A stretch of DNA of 64,000 bases from Nemertoderma westbladi. Its lineage: Eukaryota > Animalia > Xenacoelomorpha. A model generated the notes under the pieces. The model made no database searches and was not told where the DNA came from. It saw only the letters and a list, made by a program, of their open reading frames with translations. Both the position numbers and the translations under genes were made by a program. Positions 35,498 through 48,169 of this stretch are shown here, piece by piece. The stretch's first letter is position 1, and every line of letters starts with the position of its first letter. The stretch lies in assembly GCA_032718475.1 (NCBI GenBank), contig JAUCBJ010006897.1:1-64000 (forward strand). The letters run 5' to 3'.

Positions 35498-36249
35498 GTA
35501 AATTGACCCCCCTCCCCAGATTTTCACCAAAGGTTAAAATAAGCATTTCAAATTTTCAGCTATTTAAAAATACTGTTAGGTGTTGAGTAGGCAACCTATT
35601 CATTTAATACTAATACCGTAGACCTACTTCAAAACTCACTCTATTAATTAATTCAAAGCCAAATATCCTATCATATTGTGGCAAACGGGCATTTTGGGGG
35701 TTTTATCAGAACGAATTATTAAAAGTCCCTCTGATATTTAACTAATAAGAAACCCCCTAATATCTAATTTAAGGGGTTTTATCAGAAATTAAATCCCATA
35801 TTGAAGGTGCTTAAACAGAGTTTTTTCCTACTTAGGGGGTTTTATCAGATCAAGCGATATTTAGACGGGATCTTATTTTGCGTTTTTCTCCGTTAATAAC
35901 GCTGTTTTAACTTCTGGGCTTTTGTCAGAAGGTGGATATCAATCTAAGGTACCAGAATCACCAAAAACCTGAAAATGGCCAAAAATCGACTTAAGGGGTT
36001 TTACCAGATTACCCACGATATGGCGTCTCAACTAAGCTCCGTTTCGACCCCCCCTTCTTAGTGATATACGCCATCTTATCTTTCCCACACTTCTTTACGC
36101 TAAGTATCCGACCACGCATCTCCTTGTCATCCATTCCCAGCTTGAATCCAGGAGACATTATCTCCATCAGTGAAACTATCTTGAGAGCTGCTTCCATCCT
36201 GTAAATTTATAAATTAAGTATAATAGAACAAATAATGTAAACAAAATGT

Positions 36250-38710
36250 TAGGTTAGTAAAAAATTCAGGTTAGTAAAGGAGCAGGTTACAGAGGCATGT
36301 AGATAGAACCAAAACAATAAACTGTAGTTAACATTTGTTACTACAAGATTATGCAGGTTAGTAAAGGAGCAGGTTACAGAGGCATGTAGATAGAAACAAA
36401 ACAATAAACTGTAGTTAATATGTGTTACTACAAGATTATGCAGGTTAGTAAAGGAGCAGGTTACAGAGGCATGTAGATGGAACCAAAACAATAAATCATA
36501 GTTAACATGTGTTACTACAAGATTATGCAGGTTAGTAAAGGAGCAGGTTACAGAGGCATGTAGATAGAAACAAAACAATAAACTATAGTTAACATGTGTC
36601 ACTACAAGATTATGCAGGTTAGTAAAGGAGCAGGTTACAGAGGCATGTAGATAGAACCAAAACAATAAACAAAAGTTAACATGTGTGACTACAAGATTAT
36701 GCCGGTTAGTAAAGGAGCAGTTTACAGAGGCATGTAGATAGAACCAAAACTATAAACTATAGTTAACATGTGTTACTAAAAGATTATGAAGGTTAGTAAA
36801 GGAGCAGGTTACAAAGGCATGTAGATAGAACCAAAACAATAAACAATAGTTAACATGTGTTATTACAAGATTATGCAGGTTAGCAATGGAGCAGCTTACA
36901 GAGGCATGTCGATAGAACCAAAACAATAAACTATAGTTAAAATGTGTTACTACAAGATTATGCAGGTTAGTAAAGGAGTAGGTTACAGAGGCATGTAGAT
37001 AGAACCAAAACAATAAACTATAGTTAACATGTGTTACTACATGATTATGCAGGTTAGTAAAGGATTAGGTTACATAGGCATGTTGATAGAACCAAAATAA
37101 TAAACGACAGTTTAACATGTGTTACAAGAATATGCAGGTTAGTAATGGAGCAGGTTACAGAGGCATGTAGATAGAACCAAAACAATAAACTATAGTTAAC
37201 ATGTGTTACTACAAGATTATGCAGGTTAGTAAAGGAGTAGGTTACATAGGCATGTAGATAGATCCAAAACAGTAAACGATAGTTAACACATGTTACAAGA
37301 TTATGCAGGTTAGTAAAGGAGTAGGTTACAGAGGCAGGTAGATAGAACCAAAACAATAAACAATAGTTAACATGTGTTATTACAAGATTATGCAGGTTAG
37401 TAAAGGAGCAGGTTACAGATGCATGTAGATAGAACCAAATCAATAAACTATAGTTAACATGTGTTATTACAAGATTATGCAGGTTAGTAACGGAGCAGGT
37501 TACAGAGGCATGTAGATAGAACCAAATCAATAAACTATAGTTAACATGTGTTATTACAAGATTATACAGGTTAGTAAAGGAGCAGGTTACAGAGGCATGT
37601 AGATAGAACCAAAACAATAAACTATAGTTAATATGTGCGACTACAAGATTATGCAGGTTAGTAAAGGAGCAGGTTACAGAGGCATGTAGATAGAACCAAA
37701 ACAATAAACTATAGTTAACATGTGTTACTAAAAGATTACGCAGGTTAGTAAAGGAGCAGGTTACATAGGCATGTAGATAGAACCAAAACAATAAACTATA
37801 GTTAATATGTGTTACTACAAGATTATGCAAATTAGTAAAGGAGCAGGTTACATAGGCGTGTAGATAGAACCAAATCAATAAACTATAGTTAACATGTGTT
37901 ACTACAAGATTATGCAGGTTAGTAAAGGAGCAGATTACAGAGGCATGTAGATAGAACCAAAACAATAAACTATAGTTAACATGTGTTACTACAAGATTAT
38001 GCCAGTTAGTAAAGGAGCAGTTTACAGAGGCATGTAGCCAGAACCAAAACTATAAACTATAGTTAACATGTGTTACTAAAAGATTATGAAGGTTAGTAAA
38101 GGAGCAGGTTACAGAGGCATGTAGATAGAACCAAAACAATAAACAATAGTTAACATGTGTTATTACAAGATTATGCAGGTTAGTAATGGAGCAGGTTACA
38201 GAGGCATGTCGATAGAACCAAAACAATAAACTATAGTTAAAATGTGTTACTACAAGATTATGCAGGTTAGTAAAGGAGTAGGTTACAGAGGCATGTAGAT
38301 AGAACCAAAACAATAAACTATAGCTAACATGTGTTACTACATGATTATGCAGGTTGGTAAAGGATTAGGTTACATAGGCATGTTGATAGAACCAAAATAA
38401 TAAACGACAGTTTAACATGTGTTACAAGAATATGCAGGTTAGTAATGGAGCAGGTTACAGAGGCATGTAGATAGAACCAAAACAATAAACTATAGTTAAC
38501 ATGTGTTACTACAAGATTATGCAGGTTAGTAAAGGAGTAGGTTGCATAGGCATGTAGATAGATCCAAAACAGTAAACGATAGTTAACACATGTTACAAGA
38601 TTATGCAGGTTAGTAAAGGAGTAGGTTACAGAGGCAGTTAGATAGAACCAAAACAATAAACAATAGTTAACATGTGTTATTACAAGATTATGCAGGTTAG
38701 TAAAGGAGCA
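36250..38710. repeat. 87-bp satellite, ~28 copies
   Basis: Unit CAGGTTAGTAAAGGAGCAGGTTACAGAGGCATGTAGATAGAACCAAAACAATAAACTATAGTTAACATGTGTTACTACAAGATTATG. The 29-aa repeats in the ORF track are by-products. Confidence 0.95.
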
Positions 38711-38879
38711 GTATTTGTTCCAGCTGTTCCCTGTCTCTTATTATACCTAACTGATGTGGTCAATGTCGCCTAGAGGTTTTTCGTGCGACTTTTCAATGTA
38801 CTAAATTAGGTATTCATGGGCTCGCTGGTTGGCATGAGTATATAGCATCATGGCTGATTGAGTTATTGAATGTTGTAAT

Positions 38880-40437
38880 TCAGGAGAATCTACAGCAGCT
38901 GATAGTAGCTTTTGCACCTGCTTCCAAATAGGTGCAACTCCTGGATGCGTATCCATGTCGATAGTATGTGTACACAAATATGTTGGAGGACCTTTTTGTT
39001 AGCAAGAACATTCGATAATTCCAACACATTTCTATCACTATCAGTTTTATCAAAATTAAGTCGGCATTTGGCTTTGATGTTTGGAATGGTGGAGGACTTG
39101 CTAACAAGGGCACCGAGCCCTCGTTTCATAACATATCTCAAGTCCATGTATTGTAAATTGCAGTTCATCAGGGCATTGAATACAAAGACAAGGTAATTTG
39201 GATCAGTAGATGTAAGTGAATGGCCACTTAGCAGGCCACCCACCAAGGGTGCGGTTCGGGTGATTCTTCCGGTATTACATTACTTTCACTATCTAACAAG
39301 TGATCTGTAGCTTCTGTTGGAGGTCTGGGAGTTACAAGAACATTCAATGATGACATTTGATCCCAATGTCTAGTACACATAGCCGCTGTACATTCCCCTC
39401 TCTGGGCATCTATGAGTTGACTTTTTATTACAAAGTGCATTTGTCAGCAACGAAGTACAGCAAAGGTAGCCTGAACCACGGAAATATTTCGTTAGGGGAT
39501 ACAAATGTTTTTGGCACTTTGTTTGGATTTCCTCCCATGTACTTACTGTAGGTAATCATCCTGCACCTTTGATTGTATATTGGTGATGGATTTACAATAT
39601 ATAGTAAGCGTCCACTTTCTATTTATCAACACAGTATCTGCGTGAGTAGCTCTCTGCGGGATTATAGATTATAGGGCGTCGGTGTTATAGAATGGTTGAA
39701 GGAATCGGCGAAATACTTCTGTATGCATCCGCCCTTCCTCATAAACTGTATGTCCCTCTCCGAGACGTAATGGGTGTCGCTTTAGAGTCCTAGACACTAT
39801 ATCGCCATCGGTGATGAAACCGATGATTCTATAGATGATTCACCTTCAATGGGTGAATGGACCTGTACATCCGTAAACAGTGGACCAGGGGTGGCTTCAA
39901 TGGTGCCTCGATCCTCCAACAATGATATGAGTCTTTCATACGTTTTGTCATTGAATATGGTTGATGATGACTTGGTGACCCTTCAGGACAGATAATTCCG
40001 ACAGGACAAACAGGGACTGAATCGAACTAAACAATGTTTTGTTTTGGTTCAAAAATGAGTCTAGTCTATATCTCCATCCCCAAATGATTGTTGAGTATTT
40101 GCTGAATATTTCAGCATCCTAGTTACCGTCATGTAACTGAGTAACACACTACATTCTCCAAAGTTGCTAGTTTACCATTATATTTGGAGTGTATAGAAGA
40201 TAATATAAGTTCATATAATTTGACAGCAATAGTTTTAGATCTTTTCGTTTTAGAGGTCGTCAAATCTTTATTGTCCACACCAGTCAGGTCATACAAAAAA
40301 TCCCGCACTTCACCTTCCCGAATCACCTTGTCTGGATCATATTCCAACAAATCATTTAAATCATAGCGCGATCTGTTCAACTGGGTGGCACAAATTTCTC
40401 GCAGCTTGCTTCCTGGTGATTTAGATCCAGCAGCCAC
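38880..40437 (-). pseudogene. Degraded long coding region, possibly the N-terminal part of a divergent Helitron-like Rep protein
   Basis: A chain of same-strand ORF pieces with frameshifts. LTSTDPNYLVFVFNALMN...DLRYVMKRG...DSDRNVLELS loosely resembles the region upstream of Rep motif 1. No HUH motif is visible. Confidence 0.35.
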
Positions 40438-40649
40438 GGTATTATTACAGGTGGTGACTGGAGGGGATTGTGATACAGTAGAAAATATGCTATCAACGAA
40501 ATTACAGAAACAAGATCAACAAGATCTTGTAGATCCCTTCTTTATCATTTAATTTAATCTAATCACACCAATAGTTTAGGCACATATTAGGCCAATTTTA
40601 GCCAATTTGTTGGATAATCTACATATTCAAATTGTACAGGCACAAAGTA

Positions 40650-40815
40650 AAGGAAATTTCTTAATATTGGGTGATTTAAACGGACAAATGGGAACAAGGA
40701 AGACGACACCGCATATAAGTCACAACATTATTGGGCAATACAATCTGACAGATATCAACCAAAATGGAAAAATACTGCTGGACTTCTACCAGGCTTCCAA
40801 TATAGCCATAGCATG
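40650..40815 (+). pseudogene. LINE apurinic-type endonuclease fragment
   Basis: NFLILGDLNGQMG...IIGQYNLTDINQNGKILLDFYQASNIAI matches the GDFNA..G...N.NG..L.DF motif of RTE-like endonucleases. Confidence 0.75.
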
Positions 40816-41520
40816 CTGTTTTCATTATTTGATTGTGGGGCTCTAAATTAAAAGAGCCACTCAGAAATTATATAATAGTGCTTTTACTTTTTTTATAGTG
40901 AGTGTTTAACAGCTGTGAAGAGGGTGTGGTGTAGTGTGGCGTATAACTTGCCTTGGCCAGTAGCCGATAGATGTATACCATGCGAGACAAGAACGTTTCC
41001 TCCCTCAACTCGCTGGCTTAGTGTGCCACCCATCCGAATAGCGGATGTATAGTTGGATAGTTGTATAGACAACTATTTCATTTCTTCATACTTGGAAAAA
41101 AGCACCAAGCAATCATTTAGACATCATTACCTACAGTTTGCTCAATTTACCCTCCTATTTTTAGAAGGCAATGTTTTAATTGTGGGTGGCCAGCCATCAC
41201 AATTAAAGCCCAGGTGCATGCCATCATGCAAAATGGATGTCCAAGGATATGCAATCAAGATACCTTGTTACGTACGATCTGAAATCCAGAATGTTTATAC
41301 AACTGATCAGCGTGATTCAATTTATATCAGTATTCTTAACTAAATAAAGCCTGGCTGACTTCTACCTCTTATGATCTTGTGATGCCACTCAGAACGACCT
41401 CGATTTAATGAAGATGTTTTTCAAGACAGAGGCTACAGTGGCCAGTCAACTTCAGCTCACTAGTTGGTGCTGCTCGCAATAAGTTGGAAAACTACTTGTG
41501 GTATTTATCTGAACGCCTTG

Positions 41521-41935
41521 TAACCCATATACTGTATATTACTGCATTATATCTAAACCCACCCTCGACCCATATAGACTACTGCAACCTGCATATATCT
41601 AAACCCACCCTCCACCCATATAGACGACTGCAACCTGCATATATCTAAACCCACCCTCTACACATATACTGTATATTACTACTACTGCATTATCTAAACC
41701 CACCCTCAACCTATATAGACTACTGCATACTGCATGTATCTAAACCCTCCCTCCACCTATATACTGTACATTACTGCATTATCTATAAATCCACCCTCCA
41801 ACCATATACATTACAACATGTATCTAAACCCACCCTCCACCTATATACTGTACATTACTGCATTATCTATAAACCCACCCTCCACCCATATACATTACTG
41901 CATGTATCTAAACCCACCTTCCCACCCACCCACCC
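41521..41935. repeat. Degenerate minisatellite built on CTAAACCCACCCTCCACC
   Basis: About 10 recurrences of TAAACCCACCCTC with alternating spacers. Confidence 0.8.
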
Positions 41936-43364
41936 TATGTCTAATACTTATTTATTTTACCCACTAAAAACGTTTAACAAATTATTATTGACGTTTTCCG
42001 TCATTTATCTGCCAGCAACATTATTTTAATATAAAAATGTAAAAATAAAAATAGATAGAAGATACCTAGATAGTAGATACCTACAGTCCCAATCCCAATA
42101 AACATTAACTTGGTCGTTTTGGCGGCCAAAATGACCAAAATCACCAAAAAAATGTAGTGTATTCCTATGGGCTACTTGGTCGTTTTGGCGAAGCAATTTA
42201 ACTCGAATCAGCTCAATCCAGACAGTCTGTCTCCTTGGCCATCCATTTGGTGGATCTGACTAAATGTCGGCTCGCTTTCATTTTTATTATTGACAGATTG
42301 TTAACTTACCCGGCGCTGAGCCTTGCAGTACTGGAGTCCGCCCACTGAGGCATTGATAGAGTACACAGTCTTATAAAAGGAGTTGAATGGGGCTTCGTTA
42401 AAGGAGGAGTATGTATAATAATCTGAACGTCCCGAAATTAATTTATGGACGTCCCGAAATTAATCTATCAACCAATCAGAATCGTAATGAAATAACTAAT
42501 TAATGGACGTCCATAAATTAATTTCGGGATGTTAATTTCGGAAATTAATTTCAATAATATTTTTTTTTATAAAAAAATTTTTTAATATTTTTTTACAATA
42601 TATAATTCGCGGACACTGCGGGGTGACTACAAAACAAAGACCCAATTATAAAGACCTGCATAATCTTGTTACATGTATTAATGTTCGTTAATTGTTTTGA
42701 ATCCCCCGTCACGCCTCTGTAACTTGCTCCTTTACAATGCAATGGTACATAACGCTCATTGTGACCTGTACAAAACAAAGAGGTAAAGTCGCGTTACGTC
42801 CCAAAGAGCGTTAGGTTCCAAAGAGCTTTAGGTCCCATTGCCAGAGAGCGTGAGGTCGCATTGCCATTTAAAGGAGCAGGTTAGTAAAGAAGCAGGTTAC
42901 AGAGGCGTGTTGGGGAACCAAAACAATAAACGAAAGTTAACACATGTGTTTTGTATTTGTACAGGTCTTTATTATTTGGGTCGTTGGTCTTTGTTTTGTA
43001 GTCACCCGACACTGCGGTGTTGCGTGGGGGCCACCAATCCACCCACCCACACTCAACTACCAACTTCCTGGACACTAGGATACTGAGTGAAAGCGTCTGA
43101 AACTACTACAGGAACTCCATGACATACTATGGGCTAGCGACTAGGGACTGGCGCCCTTGAACATGTAAACTGTAGTACCTACTGTACCACCTACCTTAAA
43201 GTGACCTGTGGGACCAGCCCATTATTAGTGAGGTCGGCATTTCTCTTTATCCTGCCGCTCTCTTTGTATTACAATAGCATACAGCTAACCAATGGCAATG
43301 GTCTACCCCCAGTGCGGGAAAGACAAGCTGGCTACCATTGAAATGAATAGGGGAAGGATAATGG

Positions 43365-43608
43365 TCACGTTTCTAAAACTCAACAATATGAATGCGGGCA
43401 TTCAGCCTCCCTAATATTTTCTTATCCCACATTTCATCAATGAGTTGTTTGAGTTTCATTCTGAAGACATGGGCGACCAGGTCAGGACGATCTTCAGCAC
43501 CACTCCTTCGAAAAGCGACTGCTGGATTTCTGGCCAGTTGGTGTTGCACGTCATGGTTATAAATCCATCAGGCTTTTTAAATTCGCGTCAGATAGCCATT
43601 GCATCCTG
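43365..43608 (-). pseudogene. Canonical Helitron Rep domain fragment (not in the ORF track)
   Basis: Manual translation gives QDAMAI*REFKKPDGFITMTCNTNWPEIQQSL / EDRPDLVAHVFRMKLKQLIDE...IHIVEF*KR, the DAMA..KPDLFITFTCNP.WPEI..DRPD..EFQKRG signature, with 2 stops and 1 frameshift. Confidence 0.9.
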
Positions 43609-43825
43609 TACTTAAATGAAATGTGGTTATTAAATATATAAATAATGATTATAATTATAAATAAAAATAATTATAAATAATGCATGAGTGAGGTTAAGGT
43701 TTGGTATATTTCCACATTGGGCTATGCGTTTCAAAGCCAAACATTCTATTTGCTCTAGTAAGAGGGTCTATGCAGCTACAAGAGACACCTCCTTTATGCT
43801 GCATGGAGGTGGCAAGTTTTCTTGA

Positions 43826-45021
43826 TCAATGACTTAGAATACCTGACCTGACCCGCAAATTTCCCACATACAACACACATGTCACGTTTCTTACTACAGT
43901 ATCTCCAGTACTGCTCCCATTACCTTCAGATATTCCAGACACCCTATCTGATGTAACCCTTGATTTTACAACAACCTTGTCCCATTTCTCCTTATTCCTT
44001 ATACCCATCACTTCAACTCTACACTGGCTAGAAATCGGCAAATCCGGAAACGATTCCAATACACTGATCTTATATATCGATATATCTGATCCTGATTCAA
44101 TAAAGTCACTATGAGAAATATTCTGCTTTTGACATTTCTTGCAACGCAAAAACCTCTTACCCATAAAATGCTTACAATCCTTATAGCGGTTCTTCACACA
44201 CATAATACACCCACACCCTGACACACCACTAGCTTTGGACACTGACCTGCTACCCACTTCTAACACTGAGCTCTCCATATCCTCTTCCCTTTGGTTCCCC
44301 CCATCCTCATATCTCAAGCTCTCACACGGCTGGACTTGCTCCTGGTGATCCTTAGTTACTACACCCTTCCTAACATTCCGTTCCACTCACAGTTTGCCAA
44401 CAAAAATTTCCATCTCCCTGAACTGGTTCCTTGCTGGGCCTCGGTATCTTCCTAACTTTGGTCTGCCCTCCGGATTTTGACTTCATCGAACGGACACAAA
44501 AACCACAATACTCCCCACCACCTAACATATGGAGATGGCACCTACCACATTTCCCCCAATGATTCCATCCTGCCACATCTTCCCTACTCATCTCTCGCAC
44601 ACAAAACCCACAATACTCCCCTCCACCCAACATCAACTTGCTACACCTTCCACAATTTTTCCAAAGCTCCCCATCAGATCTACTCCCTACAACATTAATC
44701 CTTATCAAGTTAGTTGACCTGAACTTTCTCTTTCTCCTAACCACAGGAATCCAATCTGCTCCCTCACAAACAGGCATCTCCACTTTCTCAACCTCACCAT
44801 TACTCTTTACATTCTGACACCAGAATATCATTCAGATCAGTAGGTTTAACAGTAGGGGTAATTGGGGATGTAACAGTTGGTGTGACAGTCGAAATGTGAG
44901 TATGAGTAGCGACAGGGGTAGGGATAGCAGTAGAACAGATGGGACAAGAGTCAAGCTTCTTACTGTAAAGCTTAGTGCATTTAGAAAAGCGAAACCAACC
45001 TGAAGATTTCCTAGCAGTCAT
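43826..45021 (-). pseudogene. Frameshifted Cys-rich ORF chain of unknown, probably transposon-derived origin
   Basis: Three overlapping ORFs (44800-45174, 44370-44831, 43826-44386) with CTKLYSKKLDSCPIC, two copies of CGRC..MLGGGEYCGFCVR, and CIMC...CKH...CKKC. Confidence 0.45.
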
Positions 45022-45339
45022 TGTTAGTATTACCAATAATATGAGATATATAACTGACAAATGAAAAAAAGTAGAATAAAATGAACAAATAATGACAATA
45101 AAATAGTAACTATTATATAAATTATTATTGTAGTTTATACTTATCCATGCAACAATGTTTTCGTTCACAAACAAAAATTAATTTGAAAAGCTGAAAAAGA
45201 ATTAAATATGTAAACTTAGAGATAAACTAGAAATCAAATATATAACCAAAGGATGCTTATGTATTTATATTCCACTGTGTAGTGTGTAACTTAATGAAAA
45301 TTCAAATCGTGACATACACACAAGGATTTTTACACATAC

Positions 45340-45689
45340 ACACGTGGTATAGTAAGTTACACACGAGATTGAGTATGTTACACACGTAGTACAGTAAATT
45401 ACGTAAATGGTACCGTGAGTTACAAATATGATTGAATAAGTTACACATGTGGTACAATAAGTTACACATGATTGAGAACGTTACACACGTGGTACAATAA
45501 GTTATGCATGCACATGGTTCAGTAAGTTATACATGTGGTTCAGTAAGTTACATTCTGTATTTGGTATGGTACACGGTTAAGTAAGTTACAAACATGATTG
45601 AGTAAGTCACTCACGTGGTACAGTAAGTTACATATGTGGTCCAGTAAGCTACACATGATTGAGTACGTTACACACACACGTGGTACAGT
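45340..45689. repeat. Degenerate ~20-bp minisatellite
   Basis: Recurring ACACGTGGTACAGTAAGTTAC and ACATGATTGAGTA units. Confidence 0.75.
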
Positions 45690-46339
45690 GTTCGCGCTTT
45701 TAGACCTTTAGCAGTTTAACCTGCTAATTTAAGTGTCTTATGATGTCTGACAGCCCGCACAAAATATGAACACAGTAGAAGCCAGCCTAGCGCGGCGTAT
45801 GACCCACGATGTGTGGGAGACTGGATTATATCAGCGAGAGTGGGATATGCTACTTTGTATTATTAGATTGTTCTCTACTATATAATCTATTTTTATTAAA
45901 TTTAGTATGTAGACTTACCCCTTTCAGTGGACTATAAGTCCTGTATTTTCTAATATATAGGATAGATATTCGTGCAGTTATTAGTGTTTATTTCTAGGTA
46001 GGGTTCATTTTTGATAAGGCTGGTTTCTATTTGGTTTTATATTATAATGTAATAATATATATATAATACATAACTAAAACCATCCATAAATGGAAAGCAA
46101 GGTTGAATATTGCGTCATGTGATTACTACATTAGGCAGTATTAGTATTGGCCTGTAAAATTTACTTAAGGAGAAAACAATTATTTTTATATTTTATAAAC
46201 AATTTAAAGTATTAACATAAAGAGTTTAAACGGAGCAATGGATGGGTGGTGTATAGAAAAAACTCAGTTTCTTGCTATATTTCGATCTCCTTACGGTCTC
46301 ATTCCGTCTTCAGGCTGTAATTTAAAACACGTTGGCCTA

Positions 46340-46803
46340 CCAGAAATTATAAATTGCACAAATTTGAAACGTGTCATCGTAATGAACCATCTTTCTATGA
46401 ACCAGCTCATCATCAACTTCGGTGTATCGATGACTACCAAAATGACATAAATTTACAGGACCCCTCACAGACTGGCTTGAATTTCGAATGTTGCCTGAAT
46501 ATGCCCAACATTCCATCATTCCATGTGTATAATAATAAGACATTTGATATCATGCATGACTTTCTTGAATGAATTTGCAAGTATGTCATAAGGGTAGCAT
46601 TTTCTACTCTAATATTTATTGACAAGTTATTCTCAACAAATCAGTTAAATAGACGTATCAAGTCTTTTATATTTGACCATTCATCAATCCCCCCATTTTT
46701 TGATGATGCTAAGTTAAGAAAAAGTAGTTCTCTGAATTTAACTGCAGTGCAGATGTGGAATCTGTGTCTCGGATTGCCTCTCTTAGTAGGTGACTTTGTT
46801 CCA
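46340..46803 (+). pseudogene. EnSpm/CACTA-like transposase fragment
   Basis: QLRCIDDY...TGLNFECCLN...FHVYNNKTFDIMHDFLE*...LNRRIKSF...LNLTAVQMWNLCLGLPLLVGDFVP follows the D.MHD..EG / LN.RI / MW.L...LPL.IGD.VP pattern of animal EnSpm-type transposases. Confidence 0.75.
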
Positions 46804-48027
46804 TTTATTTCCTATTAATATACTATGTACAACATTAGTGCGTTACACCGCAATAATTGATAATTATTTCCTATTAATATAATATGTACAACATTAGTGC
46901 GTTACACCGCAATAATTGATAATTATTTCCTATTAATATACTATATGTACAACATTAATGCGTTACACCGCAATAATTGATAATTATTTCCTATTAATAT
47001 ACTATGTACAACATTAGTGCGTTACACCGCAATAATTGATAATTATTTCCTATTAATATACTATGTACAACATTAGTGCGTTACACCGCAATAATTGATA
47101 ATTATTTCCTATTTATATAATATGTACAACATTAGTGTGTTACACCGTAATAATTGATAATTATTTCCTATTAATATACTATCTACAACATTAGTGCGTT
47201 ACACCGCAATAATTGATAATTATTTCCTATTAATATACTATGTACAACATTAGTGAGTTACACCGTAATATTTGATAATTATTTCCTATTAATATAAATG
47301 TACAATATTAGTGCGTTACACTGTAATAATTGATAATTATTTCCTATTAATATACTATGTATAATATTAGTGCGTTACACCGCAATAATTGATAATTATT
47401 TCCTATTAATATACTATATGTACAACATTAGTGCGTTACACCGCAATAATTGATAATTATTTGCTATTAATATACTATGTACAACATTAGTGCGTTACAC
47501 CGCAATAATTGATAATTATTTCCTATTAATATACTATGTACAACATTAGTGCGTTACACCGCAATAATTGATAATTATTTCCTATTAATATACTATATGT
47601 ACAACATTAGTGCGTTACACCGTAATAATTGATAATTATTTCCTATTAATATACTATGTACAACATTAGTGCGTTACACCGTAATAATTGATAATTATTT
47701 CCTATTTATATAATATGTACAACATTAGTGCGTTACACCGTAATAATTGATAATTATTTCCTATTAATATACTATGTACAACATTAGTGCGTTACACCGT
47801 AATAATTGATAATTATTTCCTATTTATATAATATGTACAACATTAGTGCGTTACACCGTAATAATTGATAATTATTTCCTATTAATATACTATGTACAAC
47901 ATTAGTGCGTTACACCGCAATAATTGATAATTATTTCCTATTAATATACTATGTACAACATTAGTGCGTTACACTGCAATAATTGATAATTATTTCCTAT
48001 TATTATACTATGTACAACATTAGTGCA
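46804..48027. repeat. 59-61-bp satellite, ~20 copies
   Basis: Unit ATTATTTCCTATTAATATACTATGTACAACATTAGTGCGTTACACCGCAATAATTGATA, highly homogeneous. Confidence 0.95.
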
Positions 48028-48169
48028 ACCAAGTCCAACAACAACAACAAGTCCAGCCCATCCAAAGGGAGATGGGGCTGGATTGCTAAGCAAACCGACC
48101 ATTTTCTGCGGCTTTGTCCAGCCCCAATTCAGCTGTCATGGCCAACCCCATTGGGACTGAAAGTTCCTT

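Larger units (their letters stand above)
32400..36017. mobile_element. Non-autonomous TIR element, Sola1-like (ATAT target), containing nested LINE fragments
   Basis: Left end CGTCGGTAATTCGACAAAACCCCCTAAGTCGATTTTT; reverse complement of right end CGTGGGTAATCTGGTAAAACCCCTTAAGTCGATTTTT. ATAT duplication at 32396-32399 and 36018-36021. Subterminal GGGGTTTTATCAGA repeats at both ends. AWWT targets are characteristic of Sola1. Confidence 0.8.
31612..36197 (-). pseudogene. Unknown ~320-aa Cys-containing protein gene, join(36197..36018,32395..31612), one frameshift near 31930-31980
   Basis: Removing the 32400-36017 insert restores ...SKRSLVETPY-DRLLCIGD in frame. Contains CSGLLCD...CAC and a C-terminal VNRECGWSVVGWFKCG...HISYIWP. 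An acceptor-like TTTACAG precedes the ATG. Confidence 0.7.

Noticed and set aside
32395-36022. Alternative reading of the insert as a P-like (CAT...ATG) or Merlin-like (GGTAA) element
   Set aside because: No 8-bp target duplication fits. Only the ATAT duplication restores the interrupted reading frame.
36249-38656. ORFs of up to 303 aa with FWFYLHASVTCSFTNLHNL repeats
   Set aside because: By-product of an 87-bp satellite (a multiple of 3); frames break at random and there is no unique coding flank.
45689-45772. TGTTCGCG...GAACA resembling a solo LTR of the BEL element
   Set aside because: Only ~84 bp, with no internal similarity to the 614-bp LTR and no clear target duplication.
46804-48027. 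Regular arrays (also the 19-, 30- and 87-bp arrays) as possible CRISPR arrays
   Set aside because: Head-to-tail repeats with no unique spacers, no cas genes, and a eukaryotic context.
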